A DNA stretch of 62,915 nt, the filler included, from Dugesia japonica (taxonomy: Eukaryota): the NCBI GenBank assembly GCA_001938525.1. It is 6 parts of 6 records of this genome, joined end to end, with 100 filler letters (N's around TTAATTAATTAA, not from the genome) between each part and the next. Parts side by side here need not be neighbours in the genome. Positions count along the whole stretch, not along the records: positions 32,165 to 42,867 come from MQRL01635231.1; positions 42,968 to 52,316 come from MQRL01641674.1; 4 more parts are not named here. One strand, given 5' to 3'. The notes below the pieces were generated by a model. The model worked only from the letters and a program-made list of their open reading frames with translations. It was not told the DNA's origin and did not search any database. Position numbers and translations under genes: made by a program. The stretch's first letter is position 1. Every line of letters starts with the position of its first letter. This document shows positions 36,200 to 50,164 of the stretch, in pieces.

Positions 36200-38650
36200 T
36201 CCTGAAACCAGATTTTAATGATGATGGTATGCGACAGTTAGTTGAAAATTATGAAAAAACGATGACATGGAGGAAAAATCATCAGTCAAAAAGTTATCAT
36301 ATTCTGAAGTGGCAGCAGCTAATTACCGCCTAATTTCAAATAGGATGGATACAAGAAGAATTAACGGTCGGAATTACATGCAAATTCCGGATAGGCCAAT
36401 GACATCAAGGCCAGCTCCTGTTGTTAATGATCCAGAAAGAAATTCTCAAATTCGATACAAAAGCAAATCCAGAGAAATTCGCCGACGACATCACTGAAGA
36501 TGATTGCCAGGAAACTGTAAAATCAATCAAAAGGTTTTCAACCTCCAAAAAAAGAAATTTTGAGGACCGTTTTGTGTTTTTCTTGTGGTTCAATATGACA
36601 TTTCCGTAATAGTTTTGCTCCTCAAAGATTGTTGTTATAATTTGTGGAAAATCGGGACATAAATTTAGAATTTGCAGACTGTTTGGGAAATATCACCACA
36701 GAAGCGATGTTAGATGCATTGCGAATGAAACTAATGTAAATGATACAATAGATGTGATTTGCGATGAATTGGATGAAGTAGAGCATGATGTGAACTATTT
36801 AAACAAAAAGCACTTCACTGTTCCAATTTCGTCTGGGGAGTCAAGACAGCAGGAACAAATCAAAATTGAAATTTAAACGTAGAATTCATTTAATATAAAA
36901 GCTTAAATCAAAATTTAGGTTTTAATTATTGATATTGGATAACAAATCGATATNNNNNNNNNNNNNNNNNNNNNNNNNNNNNNNNNNNNNNNNNNNNNNN
37001 NNNNNNNNNNNNNNNNNNNNNNNNNNNNNNNNNNNNNNNTTAAATGAATTCTATAAAACGATCAATGGTTAAGTCCAACAATTATTCTCGCAATAATTGC
37101 AATTGTTAAATGTAGAAGACGAGATGTATGTGAAGAGCGATGGAAGAATTTAGAGCGTGGTTAAAGTGAATAGTAGAGATGAATAGATGTTATGGGACAC
37201 AGGAGCATCGATTTCAGTAATGGATAGGAATGTTTGGAAAAGATGTAAATCCTTTCCATTGGAAAATTCAGAAATAAAATTAAAAGGAGCATTTTCGATG
37301 GCAACCGTTAAATACTTAAAAATTGAGTACAATAATATGAACGCGGTAGTACAGAGTATAAGCCCAAAGTTTATTGGTGGAATAGACATGTCCAAAGTTT
37401 TCAATATTCAATTAAAAATGATTGGATTAATCAAGTCAGATAATGTAATATGTAATGTTTCTGATGAGGATCATTTAAGAATCACTATGGACGATATCAA
37501 ACCAAAAGATGACACCTTGAAAAAATTGTTAACACGTTTCACCTCGATATTCATGGCGCATATGTTTGACCTGGGTAAAACATACCTAGTTAAATATCCT
37601 ATCCAAAAACGGGAAATCCTGTCTCACAACAGCCAAGACAAAACACTTGTCAAAAGCGGCATTATAAAGAAATGCAGTAGCCCATAGAACTCACCTATAG
37701 TGATTGTTAACCAAAAGAATGGATCTATTCGTATGTGTCAGGATTTCAGATTATTGAATGAAGCAACTTATTAGTTTTCGTTTACTATGCCAGATCGTCA
37801 AATGTTACTCGATCATCTTAGTAAGTGCACCATATTCTCAATTCTAGATATAGGCCAAGCGTTTTATCAAGTCGAACTAAAATAGGAGAATAAAATTAAT
37901 ACCGCTTTTTTACAAAGAAAGGCCAGTACTGCTATAATCGCATGCCATTCGGACTATCAATCGATCTAGCTGCGTCTCAAAGATTAATGCATATAATTTT
38001 GTCAGTTATTCTATTTAAAAGCGTTGTAGTTTAAATCGATGATATTCTAATCTTTGTGAAAATTCTTAACGATTCCTTCCAATAAACCAAAAGATTATAA
38101 ACCAATAAACCAAATAAACCAATTTGGATTAAAACAAAATTCGGAAAAAGTCAAGGAGGTTGTTTATGCTAGAATTCCAAAAAATTGCAATCTTTTCTTG
38201 GAGTGACTAACTATTACAGAAAATTTATAAAGAATTTATTGCAACTTGCTACACCTCAATATGCTACTACAGAACGTCAAAAGCACAAGATAATATAGAC
38301 AAACGAATGCAAGACGAGTTTCTTGAAAATTAAGGAAACTCATTGCAATTATCCAGTATTGGGGTATCCTAATTTAGAAGATCAGTTTATCCTAGATACT
38401 GGTGCCAGTTTTTCGGGAACTGCTGCTGTACAGAGCCAATCACAAAACGGTATGGAAGTCGTAATAGCATATGGATCAAGGTTTTTGAAAGCATATAAAA
38501 AATGATATTGTGTGATCAGCAAGAAGTTATTGGCTCTTTATGAATTTATTCCACATTTTCAGCATTATCTTTATGGGAAAATCTTTGTCTCAAAGACCGA
38601 CCACAAAACTTTAGAGTTTATAAAGAATTCGATAAGACCAATTATGCCTA
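36200..38650 (+). mobile_element. Decayed Ty3/Gypsy gag-PR-RT-RNase H
   Basis: CYNLWKIGT/CGKSGH knuckle remnant, LWDTGASISV protease, KNGSIRMCQDFR, *IDDILIF, FILDTGAS, KTDHK. Confidence 0.9.
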
Positions 38651-38699
38651 ACTAATTTTGTGAACAAAATTCATAGAGATTTATGCCATATTGGAATAA

Positions 38700-41600
38700 A
38701 GAAAACAATAAAATATGTATCTGCCAAAAATATTTTGCAGAGGGAATTATCTAGAGAAGTTTTTTTGAGGTGAAGAACATCATTATTAAGAAAAAACAGG
38801 AGCGTTTGATAACATGTATGCTAGAGGAAGATCTAATGGAAGCATAAGTGAAACCATTGAAGAAAGCAGACGGATATCAAGAGAGATTGCGATTAGCTTT
38901 TGAGAACAAGAGAGATGTAATAAAAGATTTACAGAATCTTGTTAATTGTCGTCGTGGTAGTGAAGAACTTGAGGTGTTTTTTAAAAAAGTAGAAAATTCG
39001 GTCGATAAATATTTAGCAAACGAGGAGCTTACGAAAGAAAAACTATTGTTAAAAATGCTAATAATGTTTGCAGATAGTAAAAACGCAGAAGCGGAAATAA
39101 TCTTGCCAAAATTGGAAAAAGTTGAAGATATAAAAAATATTGATTGACAAAATAGAAAAAATAGAATCTATTATTGTAGTAAAGAGGTACGCGGATGTAA
39201 CACGTGGAGAACGTACTGGAGAGAGAAGACAAAATATCGACAAAGTTTCTAAAAGAACAGAAACACAATGTTGGACATGCCAGAATTATGGGCATACAAA
39301 AGGAAAGTATCCAAAATATTCTCATGTGGAATGTTGGACTTGTCACAAGAAAAGGCATTTAAGTAGAAATTGTCCAGACAAGAAACCACCAAAATCTTTT
39401 AGTTGTGGTAAGATTGATTATATCAGAAGGATGTGCACAAAAATTGTATGTAGTAGATGTAAAAGTCTGTATCACAGAGCGAAAGAATGTTATTCGAACA
39501 TTAATAAACCAATATTAAAAGAGAGAAGATACAATTCTAAAAGCGGACAACAAACAAAAGAGTGTAGTAAGACTAAATAAATCCATAACATTCAAGAAGA
39601 CAATGAAGATAAGAATGAAGATATATTTTCTGGGAGCATAAAAGTAAATGAAAATCCAAGAAGAGAATACCCAAATGTCAGAGCTCCATCAGTAGAAGAG
39701 TTGGTCAGAGCCATTTATTAAAAGAGATACTGTTTGAATATCCTTGAGATGCCGAGAAATTGGATAAGACGAGTANNNNNNNNNNNNNNNNNNNNNNNNN
39801 NNNNNNNNNNNNNNNNNNNNNNNNNNNNNNNNNNNNNNNNNNNNNNNNGATAGGAATAATTGAAAAGAAACAAAACGTAGAAATTTCGTATGATAAGATG
39901 CAAGGGAGACATAGCATTTCAGTGATGATCAAGGGTGAACAGTTTGATTTTTTGTTAGATACATGAGCAAGAATAAATGTGATGAGCATGGAAGAATTTG
40001 TGAGAATCGGAGAAACAATGTTAAAAAAAAGCGAGAAACGATAGCATTGCGCGAATAACAGCTCATTGGAGACGATTGGAAAGATACGTGTCGAATTTGT
40101 AGTTTCAGAGGTGTGCAAGGAACTAACATTTATAATATTAGAGAAATTAATACCAGATCTAATTATTGGAATGGAATTTTAGAATACTTTTGGGTATCAA
40201 CTGCAAAGAATTTGCGGAATAGACATCAATAATCATCGAAAAAAATTTGTTTGCAATATCGAGGGAAAATTTGGAAGGCAAATACATACGGGTGAACGAT
40301 TGAGACATGCAATGGAGTTTTTAGAAATTAACAAAGATCATAGATTAACTGTGATTATTCAAAATAATGAGGATGTATTTATGGCGGATTAATGAGACAT
40401 TGAATGCACACACTTAACGAAGCATCAAATAATCACTAACGGAAGTCCAGTCAACATAAAACCGTATTGTCAACCAATGAATTTAGAAGAGAAGATTGAA
40501 GAGACCATCAAGAACCACTATGATAACAGCATTATCCATAAGTGTAATTTCCAATGGAATACGTCATTAATCTACGTTTGGAAAAAGGAAAAAAGTATAC
40601 ACAATTATGCTTAGACTTTAGACAGCTCAATGCAATAACAGAAAGACTAAATTTTCCTATGCCAAATGTGGACAAAATGTTGGATGCTTTGGAAGGTACA
40701 AAGTATTTAAGCTCAATAGACCTGAGAAAAACATACTATTAAGTGGAACTCAGTGAAAATTCTCAAGAGAAGACAGCGTTTTCTACTAAACAAGGACAAT
40801 TTGGTTTCAATAGAATGCCTTTTGGAATTGCAGAAGCACCAGGTACGTTCCAGAAAATGATGAATAAAGTGATCTGAAAAATAAAAGTAGCGATGGTTTA
40901 TCTAGACGATATTCTCATATTTACCGAAACAAAAGAGTAACACTATGAAATAATTAATAAAGTATTAACAGAAATTAAGGAGGTTGGTCTAATGTTAATC
41001 CGGAGAAATGTGAATTTATGCAAAAAAAGGAGATCAAATATTTAGGATACGTTATCAATAAAGATTGTTTCCAAACAGATCCAACTTAAAAGGAAGTAAT
41101 TAAGATATTTAGTAAACCAAACTGCGTTAAGAAGTTGAGAAGCTTTTGGGAATTTGCAATTACAATCACAAGTTTATTAAATATTATTCGAAGAAGGCTA
41201 GATTGCTGGAACAACTGTGCAGTGGGCTGAGTAACAAGAAAATTAAATGGGCGGTCGAATAAGAAGAAGGTTTTAATTGGGATGAAAGAAGCACTAATGA
41301 TGTCTCCAATATTATGTTTTCCAGATATAAATAGAAGATTAATTTTGGACACGGATGCTAGTTTTAATACGATTGGGGCAGTACTATCTCAAAAGGACAA
41401 CAACGGGCAAGAAAGAGTAAATGCATTAGGGTCACACGCAATGACGAGTCATGAGAAAGGATATTGTACTACGCGAAAAGTATTACTCGCAATGTACTAC
41501 TTTTGTATTCATTTCCAACATTACTTATATGGAAAGAGATTGATCCTGAGAACAGACCATAAAGCTATCACTTTTAGGCAAAATACCAAATTGCCGATCA

Positions 41601-42119
41601 CATCACAGTTCCAAACCTAGATTAATTATTTGAGCAGTTTACATATAAAATTGGAATATAGAAAAGGATCCCTTCATACAAATGCGGATATGTTGTCAAG
41701 GAATGAATTCGGTACATGTGCGCAATGTGTAATGTCTAATGAAGATCTCAAAAGTAGAAAATGAAAAACAAGGATGTTAAATACAGTAGATATTCAAGAA
41801 AAACAATGCAATTTTGGTGAGAATGATGAAGAAACATGGATACCTGAAGTATCATGCTGGAGCAGAAAGGGTAGCAGCGTATATAAAGCAAAAGTATAAC
41901 GCGAAACATTTGTGGAGCAAAGTACAAGAGGTTGTTTGAAGCTGTATATTATTCCAGAAAGCTAAAGTGTCGACAGCAAAAACGAAGGAAGAAACAAAAA
42001 AAGACGCAGACAGTCGAAATATTTGAGTTGTTATTTATAAATGTGTGTGGACTACTGCCGGAGACAAGAGGTCAGAAACCATATGTTCTCGTTGTAATAA
42101 ATCAATGCAATACGTATGT
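38700..42119 (+). mobile_element. Decayed Ty3/Gypsy gag-pol; same family as 6552-9164 and 54607-57645
   Basis: Gag with four knuckle motifs, FLLDT*A protease, CLDFRQLN, YLDDILIF, LDTDAS, RTDHKA, integrase HHCC remnant. Confidence 0.93.
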
Positions 42120-42223
42120 TAGGGTTTTACCCTAGGTGGGTTGAATTCTTGTATGATTTAAATCTAAGGGGTTCAAACTTTATATAAAATGAAGTCTAGG
42201 GTAATTGACCTGGTAAAACCCCA
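42120..42223. mobile_element. ~104-bp MITE-like element truncating the Gypsy integrase
   Basis: tagggttttacc ... ggtaaaacccca inverted ends; no clear TSD. Confidence 0.45.
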
Positions 42224-42272
42224 TGATGAATTTGAATCTGGTGTCCCCAAAAATCCAGATCTTCGGGATAAA

Positions 42273-42340
42273 GCCGTTGACTCGTAGCTTGAGTGCAGAC
42301 TCTCACCCCTTTGGTTCGGGTTCGTTTCACATGATACTCG
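42273..42340 (+). pseudogene. Degenerate tRNA-Glu(CTC)-like sequence, possibly a SINE head
   Basis: ctctcacccctttggttcgggttcgtttcac resembles tRNA-Glu CTCTCACC..GGCCCGGGTTCGATTCCC; A-box-like region upstream; cloverleaf stems broken. Confidence 0.4.
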
Positions 42341-42867
42341 CCTGATTGAAATCCTACTTATTAATCATTAATTTATTTGATTTCAGTTTATAACAGATTT
42401 TATTGAATTTTTATTATCAGTCAGTTGAGTCCTAAATAATTAAAAAAAAATTTTATTATGCATATTTAGCTGAGTTCATTTAATTACTACTTTACTATAA
42501 AAATCAATACCCTAAGTTTGAAAGTTATCAAGAACACAAAATTTTAACAAGTGAAAAACATATTCGATTATCCAAATCTTCACTTGTTATACATAAATTA
42601 ATAATTAGGAAAAATAACAACACTAACGTGATCTGGATNCCGATTTGGAGCAAGCACAAGAGCATAACATCCATTCCATTCGTTTCCAATAATGACTCTA
42701 GAGGTCCTCCATAATAATAAGACATCACAATCCAGTCGGAAATCGTTGCATCATCCATTAACGAGTAAAAGTAATCATCTTTGGTGATAATAGAATTTTT
42801 TTGGGTCAAACTCGATATTTGTCTGGTTAAAAAGTATTATCTTTTGTGAAATTTTCATCGGTATTTA

Positions 42868-42967
42868 NNNNNNNNNNNNNNNNNNNNNNNNNNNNNNNNN
42901 NNNNNNNNNNNTTAATTAATTAANNNNNNNNNNNNNNNNNNNNNNNNNNNNNNNNNNNNNNNNNNNN
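42868..42967. other. Artificial contig spacer
   Basis: 44 N + TTAATTAATTAA + 44 N. Confidence 0.97.
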
Positions 42968-44127
42968 AAAGAATCTTCAATATGGGAATCAGTGAGAGCA
43001 GAACGTTGTTTAATCTTTGTTAACTTTAAATACAAAAATGCGGATTCACAAAGGTATGTTGTTCCGAAACAAGAATAAATATATTCGCTACATTTGGTGA
43101 TATTTGGATATTTCTCTCGTTTAACGTATTTCCAAAAGTCGTCTTCAAATNTTCTGGCTTGTAAGATTAAATCAGTTTGTAAAATTATAATTTCACTTTC
43201 TAATGCCTTTTGCTCCATATGAAATATGCTCTACATTTTTTGTCTAATGCGTTTCACACTTAAATCTTTTTTAAAAGAATATAATATTAAAAAGTGAATC
43301 TGACATTTTCAAAAATGTTTCCTTGAAAAATTCACCCTCGGAAAATAGTTAACTTTGAATGATGCAGTAGTTACTGCTTGTGACTTAAACAGTGACTTTT
43401 TAAAAACATTTCGTTGATTTGTTAATTGCGTTTTAAGATCCCTAACTTTACGTTTTCTCAATTCGGTATTTTGTAGATAATCTGTTTGATACTTGTTATG
43501 TAAAGTTAAAAAATGTCTCTCAAGATCAGCTTTTTTAGCAATGGCTATCGAGGTAAGGCATATTAAGCAACAACATTTATCATTTACCATTGTAAAAAAG
43601 TAATAAAATTCCCATTCTTCATTGAAATGATAATGTTTCGATTATTTTGGTTTACTACTCATGTTCATGGGTATACTAAAATGCAAAATATATACTTATG
43701 GTAATTTTTCCCCCTTACTTATCTAAAAGGAATTAAATATTGAAAATTAACTTCGTTAACGGCTTTAACTTAGACGTCTGTGGCACAATTGATTTAAAGC
43801 ATAAAGAATATGTTCTTACAATTTAAACAGAAGAAAAATTGAAATTTAACGTAGTCACCGTTGATAGATAATATGGATTAATAATAATAATAAAGAAACG
43901 AAACTACAGTATGACACTACCAAATATTGAAGTATTCCTATTTATTTTAATACACAACTGGCTATGTTTCTATGAGTCATAACTGCGTGCATACTGTTTG
44001 CAGATTGCGCGTTACTAGCTAATAATATTGCGCTATATTATTTTTAATAATGATACGACTTAAAGACTTTACCTATTTCACTCGTAACCCGACGGTTTTT
44101 GCGCGATCNACTTGTTGGCCGCCCCTG
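42968..44127 (-). mobile_element. Internally deleted hAT transposon (Buster/SPIN, GTF2IRD2-like transposase)
   Basis: TIR CAGGGGCGGCCAAC at 44127 with ttcTAttg flank; ATG 43662; FNEEWEFYYFF..CLIC..LERHFLTLH zinc finger; FGTTYLCESAF..K.KQRSALTD dimerisation domain. Confidence 0.92.
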
Positions 44128-44149
44128 TTCTATTGCATAAATATTTCAA

Positions 44150-45243
44150 TTGTAGTACATAAATTTCGTTAAAATTCGTTAAAATATTCATAGAAATCCT
44201 TAAAAAACTCAAAAGTTACATAAGTGACCTTGCAATAACATAAAGTATGCTTACAAAATCACATAAAGTCATAAAATTCAAGGAAGTCCACAAGGCTTTT
44301 TAAATTCCTACATAAAACATAGGGAAATAATTCAAATATTACATAGATGTCACTAGAAAATATAGAAAAAATTCAGATTACATAGATGTCAATTCAAAAA
44401 TTTTCAAAATATATGGAAGTTAACACTGATTACAGAGTTGTCTCAAATTACATAAATATCAATACATAGAATTTGTATATGTGTGTGTGTTCTATTGCAT
44501 AAACTATGATTAAATATTACATGTGCAACACGAATGCAACATAAATGCATTTGAAAATTTTTCATAATCTATTTAAATTTTTTTTATCTATTTATAATAT
44601 GTATGCACATAATTTATGAACTTTTTATTCATGTTTAAAATTTTAATGGAGAATATCTCACTACATATTCGTTAAACTGCTTTAAAAACAAAACAGATAG
44701 ATTTTTCATCTCATAACCATTCTAACTATATCAAATTTGATATATTTTAATTAAGAAATTAACCGAAACTTCATTTTTAAAATATTTTTTAAAAGTTCTT
44801 TGTTTTTTATTTTACAATTTTCTCGTAAAGTATGCATTTTTCCTTAATAACCTTTTACACAATTTAAAGGTAGTTTTCAATTGCCTACTCAATTGTATCA
44901 AATTCACGTCTTGATGATAAAAAGTTGAGACTGGGTATGATTTTTAAACTTTAAGATTCTAAATTTTTAATAACTCGTGTCTAGCACTACAAATGGCATT
45001 TCCAAGATAGTAGTCAACGATTACGAGTCCAACAATCCAAGATTATCGTCATATTACGTATATTTTCGTTTTAAATTGATTTTATCAATTTTAAAAAGTC
45101 TTTGTTAGTGTGTCACTGTCTACATACTAGAATGTTCTTCACATTTCGTCATGAAGGAAGCATTTTTTATTATATGTATAGATGGTTTTTGATTCCCCCC
45201 TGAATATTTAGGTTTGAACTAAAAAAATTGGAACCGCCCACTG
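44150..45243. mobile_element. Non-coding interspersed repeat (probable non-autonomous DNA transposon arm) homologous to ~59400-60360
   Basis: About 700 bp of collinear similarity (atgtgcaaca..gaatatctc.ctacatattcg..tacgagtccaaca..tgaaggaagca..gtatagatgg); ends CCGCCCACTG|TA; periodic acatag/acataa repeats internally. Confidence 0.65.
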
Positions 45244-48200
45244 TATGGCCAAAATTATGGTTTTATCAATATCACCGTTACTAAAACATTGGTATTTAAA
45301 AACGTTTAAGTAAGATATATTCTACTTTCACCTACTTTCTTAGCAAAAATATCTTTGATACCACTGTAGCAAATTTTTGTGAATATCTTCTTGACTTTGA
45401 TTAATTAAATAAAAAATATCTAAAAGAATAATAAAGATGGCATAGGCATAAATAGGAAATATCCTGATCTAAACATTAATTGTTAGATAAAATCAAATTT
45501 ATTTATCAATAATAATAGTGATTAACATTTATGAAATAAAGAATATCATGTGTCCTTAATTATAATACAACCTAATAATTAATATTATTTGAAATTAAAT
45601 TTATATCCACTATTCTAATGAAAGTATAGTGAGAAAGATAAGGAAGACTATTAAACTTTTTAGAGTTACTTCAAATGAATAGAATAGTTGAGAAGTTTTA
45701 AATATGATTAAATTAAATTACTATTTCTTGAAGATTCAAAAATTTTTAGATAATTTTAACAGAATCAATTATTATTTTATCGAGAGCTAGCAATTCTATA
45801 GAAATATGTCCAGATGGCTTCAAAAGACTGAACTAATGAAATCATAAAAATTATTTCTACAATATTTTTATTATTTTCTATAATCAATGGCTATATAGAA
45901 ATAAATAATTCTGTTATTATTATTATCATTATTAATGGTAGTAAAAACTTTTTTTAAATTAATATTTGTTTAATTGAAAAATCACATTTCAATATCGTGT
46001 TTATTCAAAAATAACTGCACTTTTATCAAATCCATGTGACGAATTGATTCGACCTTCAGTACAATTAATTTAGATATTAATAAATTGACCGTGTAAACGT
46101 ATAAAACCTCGATTTATATAATACAATGTTAGTAGTCTGTATTATTTATAGGTATAAAACATGACATTATTATGAGGTAGCTAATGAAATTTGTTTAAAA
46201 TTTAATTAGTTTATATTACGTTTTTTCAATATTAGGATTTGTAACAAAATTTTAATTTGGTAAACATGATAACAATAAATTTCATGAGTTTATCGAATTT
46301 AGAAAATCATGCCACGTATTGATTTCATATTAATCAAAATCTCCATTAAATAGTTTTGCCAATCAAATCCAGTCACATTTGAAGGCGAAATAAGTATGGC
46401 CTTCGGATTAAAGTTTTAAAAAGATTTGTTATCAAAAGTGAAAATTTAATATATTTTCCAATATTGAAATTTTAATTTAATGAAATAATTATTTATTTTT
46501 ATACTAAATTCGGTGGTGGTCGGAGTTTCTCAACCATTTGTATGATGTTGCAAAGAAATTTGCTAAACAAAATTCAGGAATATGTAAAATTGGAACGAAT
46601 TATTATTATTACTATTTTTAATTTTCTAATATTTTAAGTTTTTACATTTTTTCGAANTAATATACGTTGAGTCTAAGGTTACTTATTAACAAAATAATCG
46701 AATTTAGTCATAATAACTACTTTTTAAAAAATTGGTGTTTATTTCAAAAACAATATTTAAACAAGCGATTTTATTTGTTTATTAGTATTAAAATATTAAT
46801 GCAACTTATGATATTTTTAGCATTATATTGTTGCATAAAATTCTGCCATATTTGTTTTGCTTTAACTGACATTTCGGAACCTTGTAGACTTAGAGAATTA
46901 CCAACCCGAAGACAATAATTTAACAATTTTTTATAATTATCAATAAATATTTTTAATTTTAGTGGATTAGGAACAAAATAAAAGCTTTAACATTAAAACC
47001 ATAGAGCGAATTGCAGACTCACAGTCACTTAGATAACTCCTCGAACAAGTACTTTGGGAACAGTTATGCATTTTATCTCCAACATTATTATTGTTGTAGT
47101 TTTTTCACCCACCCTTCAATCTGGAATTACTTATTTATATTATTTTGTATCGAGTACGAAGAACTGTTTTATTTGTTTTTCTATATTTTATACTACAATA
47201 AGAATAGTATTAATTTAATTCTTAAAAATTCATTGAATAACTTGAGATTGAATAATTCACACACTTTTAACCTTTCACTATAAATTATTCATCTCGTGAA
47301 ATAACTCAATAAATAAGATAATTGATTATTATTACTCCAGGTCTAACAATTCAAATAGAATCACAAAGCNNNNNNNNNNNNNNNNNNNNNNNNNNNNNNN
47401 NNNNNNNNNNNNNNNNNNTGGTGTCATTACTAATCTCTATTTAAAACAAAATATTATTGATTAAACAACTAATTTATTGTGCTAATTTACACTTGTTTGA
47501 ATTATGGTGGTTGCTGTGATATTGTGGCTTAAATTGTATAATGGATATAATATTTGAGCAAATAAATCTGCAAATTTTAAAATTTTTTTAATCAGTATTA
47601 ATAAAAAAACCCAAATCCTTGAATCTTAGTATACATATTAACTAAGTCTTACAATTTTTAAAATTTAAAAGTTTGTATTGAGAAAATATATGACAAGTTT
47701 ATTCTGAGGGTGCCCGAGGCGTCCGCAATTCTTGAAAATGAGAATAATTTGCAAAATTTTTTTGGTTTGAACTTTAAAAAGTAGTTCATACAATGAAGTG
47801 TTAGTATTTATTTGCTGATTTATTTTGGTATACACAACATTACGAGTAAATTGTCTGGTATCATTTAGTAACGATTCCTTTAATTCAGGCAAAAAAGGCA
47901 ATGTTTAGTCGGATCTACTTTTCACTCCAAACTAATTCAAATATCCGTTCACCGTTATAGTATATTAATTTACTAATTACAAAACACTTATACAAATTAG
48001 TATTGACTTTTTACTTATGTGTGAGCGTTCCAGAGTGAGTCAGTGAGCGAATATCTAGTTATTCTTAAATATATCAACTTAAATATCAGTGTTCCAGAAT
48101 AGGTCAGCGAGAAAATTGGGTGTTTATATTATAAATGTTTTTCGTAAAAGTGCGGTGATCATTAACAATTTTTTCTTGATAAAATTATTGGGTTACTAGG

Positions 48201-48524
48201 CTTTTTGATGTTGTTTGATTATTACTTTTCTGATTTATTAGTTCGTATTCTCTAGATTTAATATTTCTTCCTTCGCTTGATTATCATTTCTGTCTGGGGG
48301 ATGATACCTAGTAACCACAGAAATTTGTGATGCTTTCTTCTACATCACGATCTCCCATTCTCGGATTCAGAGGGACTATGCTATATCCCGTCTTGTTTAT
48401 CAATTTCTATCCGGCTCTCGATTTAATGATTTTATAAAATGATTTAATTGGGAAAATTTTTTTAGGCTCTTTAAAGAAACAATATTTTTTAGGCATTTTA
48501 GTTGAGAATTTCTTCGGTGAAGTC

Positions 48525-49080
48525 GAATGAGGTCAATTTTCGGTTGGTTCAGGTGAATTTAGTCGATTATTTTCTCGGGAAGGGTTAATTTGGTTTATTT
48601 TTGGGCGATTTGGTCAATTTTGGTTTGATTCGGGTGAATCTGGCTCATTTTTTGGATGATTCGGTTAATTATTTCCTCGGGATTGGTCAGTTTGGGCAAA
48701 TTTGGTCGGTTTTAGATAATTTTTGAGCGATTTGGTTAGGAATTTACTCGATGAGGTCGATTTTTGATTGGTTTTAGGTGGTTTTTGTCCAAAATTTGCT
48801 CTGTGAGGTCAAATAAGGTCGATTTTTTGTTGGTTCAGGTGAATATTGTCCAATATTTCCTCGGGATTGATAATTTTTAGGTGGTTTAAGTAAAATTGGT
48901 TGAAATTTTTTGGTGAGGTTGAATCTGGTCCAACTTGGTTGGTTTTAGATGAATTCAATCAAATTTTTCTAACTGAACTTGGGTCAGTTTTGGACAATTT
49001 GGTCAATTATTTCCTTACAAGAGTAAGTTTTAGGAGAATTTGAATTCTAATTTTCTCGGGCTGGCGAGTTTGGATTGAAT
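48525..49080. repeat. Degenerate ~10-11-bp periodic G/T-rich array
   Basis: Recurrent ttggtc/ttggtt/aggtga motifs separated by T-runs, with strong strand asymmetry. Confidence 0.7.
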
Positions 49081-50164
49081 TTTAAGGAAATTCATGTAAA
49101 AAGTTGAATTTGTTTAAATTTTCGAGTTTTTTAAATTTTTTAATGGGAAAGTTGGTTAAACAATATGTAAATGTAAAATTTTTTAAATGGAATTTTTATG
49201 GGAATCTAGGCGAACAGTCTAAATTTTTGAAAAAATATGTTCTANNNNNNNNNNNNNNNNNNNNNNNNNNCCAAACTGCTGAGAATTTTACAGCGATCAT
49301 TTTTCACAAATAAAAACTTTTCGAAAGTATTTTCATTCTCAAATAGGTTAGGAAAGTGTCTATTCGATAGAGAATCTTTCGCTGATTCCAAATATGTTAA
49401 TTTAAAATCGCTAAATGTTTTTTGGCGAGAAATAAATGGGATTTTGTAATGAAAAAACCTCAAATTTCGAATTTTTGTACTCAATTTTCTCTGAATACAT
49501 ACCTCGTAAGGTTACGAATTTGGTATTATTTTACTCCGGAGGAAAAAGTGACTGTATAAAGTTAAAATATCGTCTGGGGAAAAGTGCTTCCTAAAGAATA
49601 TGTACAGCCGTCCTCCTGTATTTGGTTACATTTTGCGAAAATATCAAAATTTATCGAAATTGATACTATTCCCTAGGAAATTTTTACGGTGAGCACGGAT
49701 AACACGGTTAAAAATCTACAAACTTTATAGATATATAGTTATATTGAAAAAACAATTACTTAATTTGGGAGTCCACGAGGAACATAAAAATATGATATTT
49801 TATTTGGTAAGGTTAATTTCGGGTAGTTTTTTAGATGAATTTGGATGAAATTTATCTCCTCATCAATCTTCAGACAATAATACTGTGCCCTCTATACACT
49901 AATACTCAGGATATGTACTCTGAACTCTGTACACTAGTGCTCAGAGATCCAAACTCTACTAGCAATGCACTGATTTTTTAGTTATCAATGGTTTTCTCAC
50001 TCTTTGCAGGTCCTTACTCATCACTAGTCGTAATATCATTTAACGTGTTCTTTACTTTTACTTGTAATTTTGAAATTCAATTAGATTATTTTAATGATTT
50101 TAGCTTTCTAGATTATTTTAATTCAATTATTTTAATNNNNNNNNNNNNNNNNNCGTTAAAATTT

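Noticed and set aside
45160-45183. Helitron 5' end (A|TCTATACAT on the minus strand)
   Set aside because: Similarity with the 60300 copy continues past this point, and no 3' hairpin-CTRR end was found
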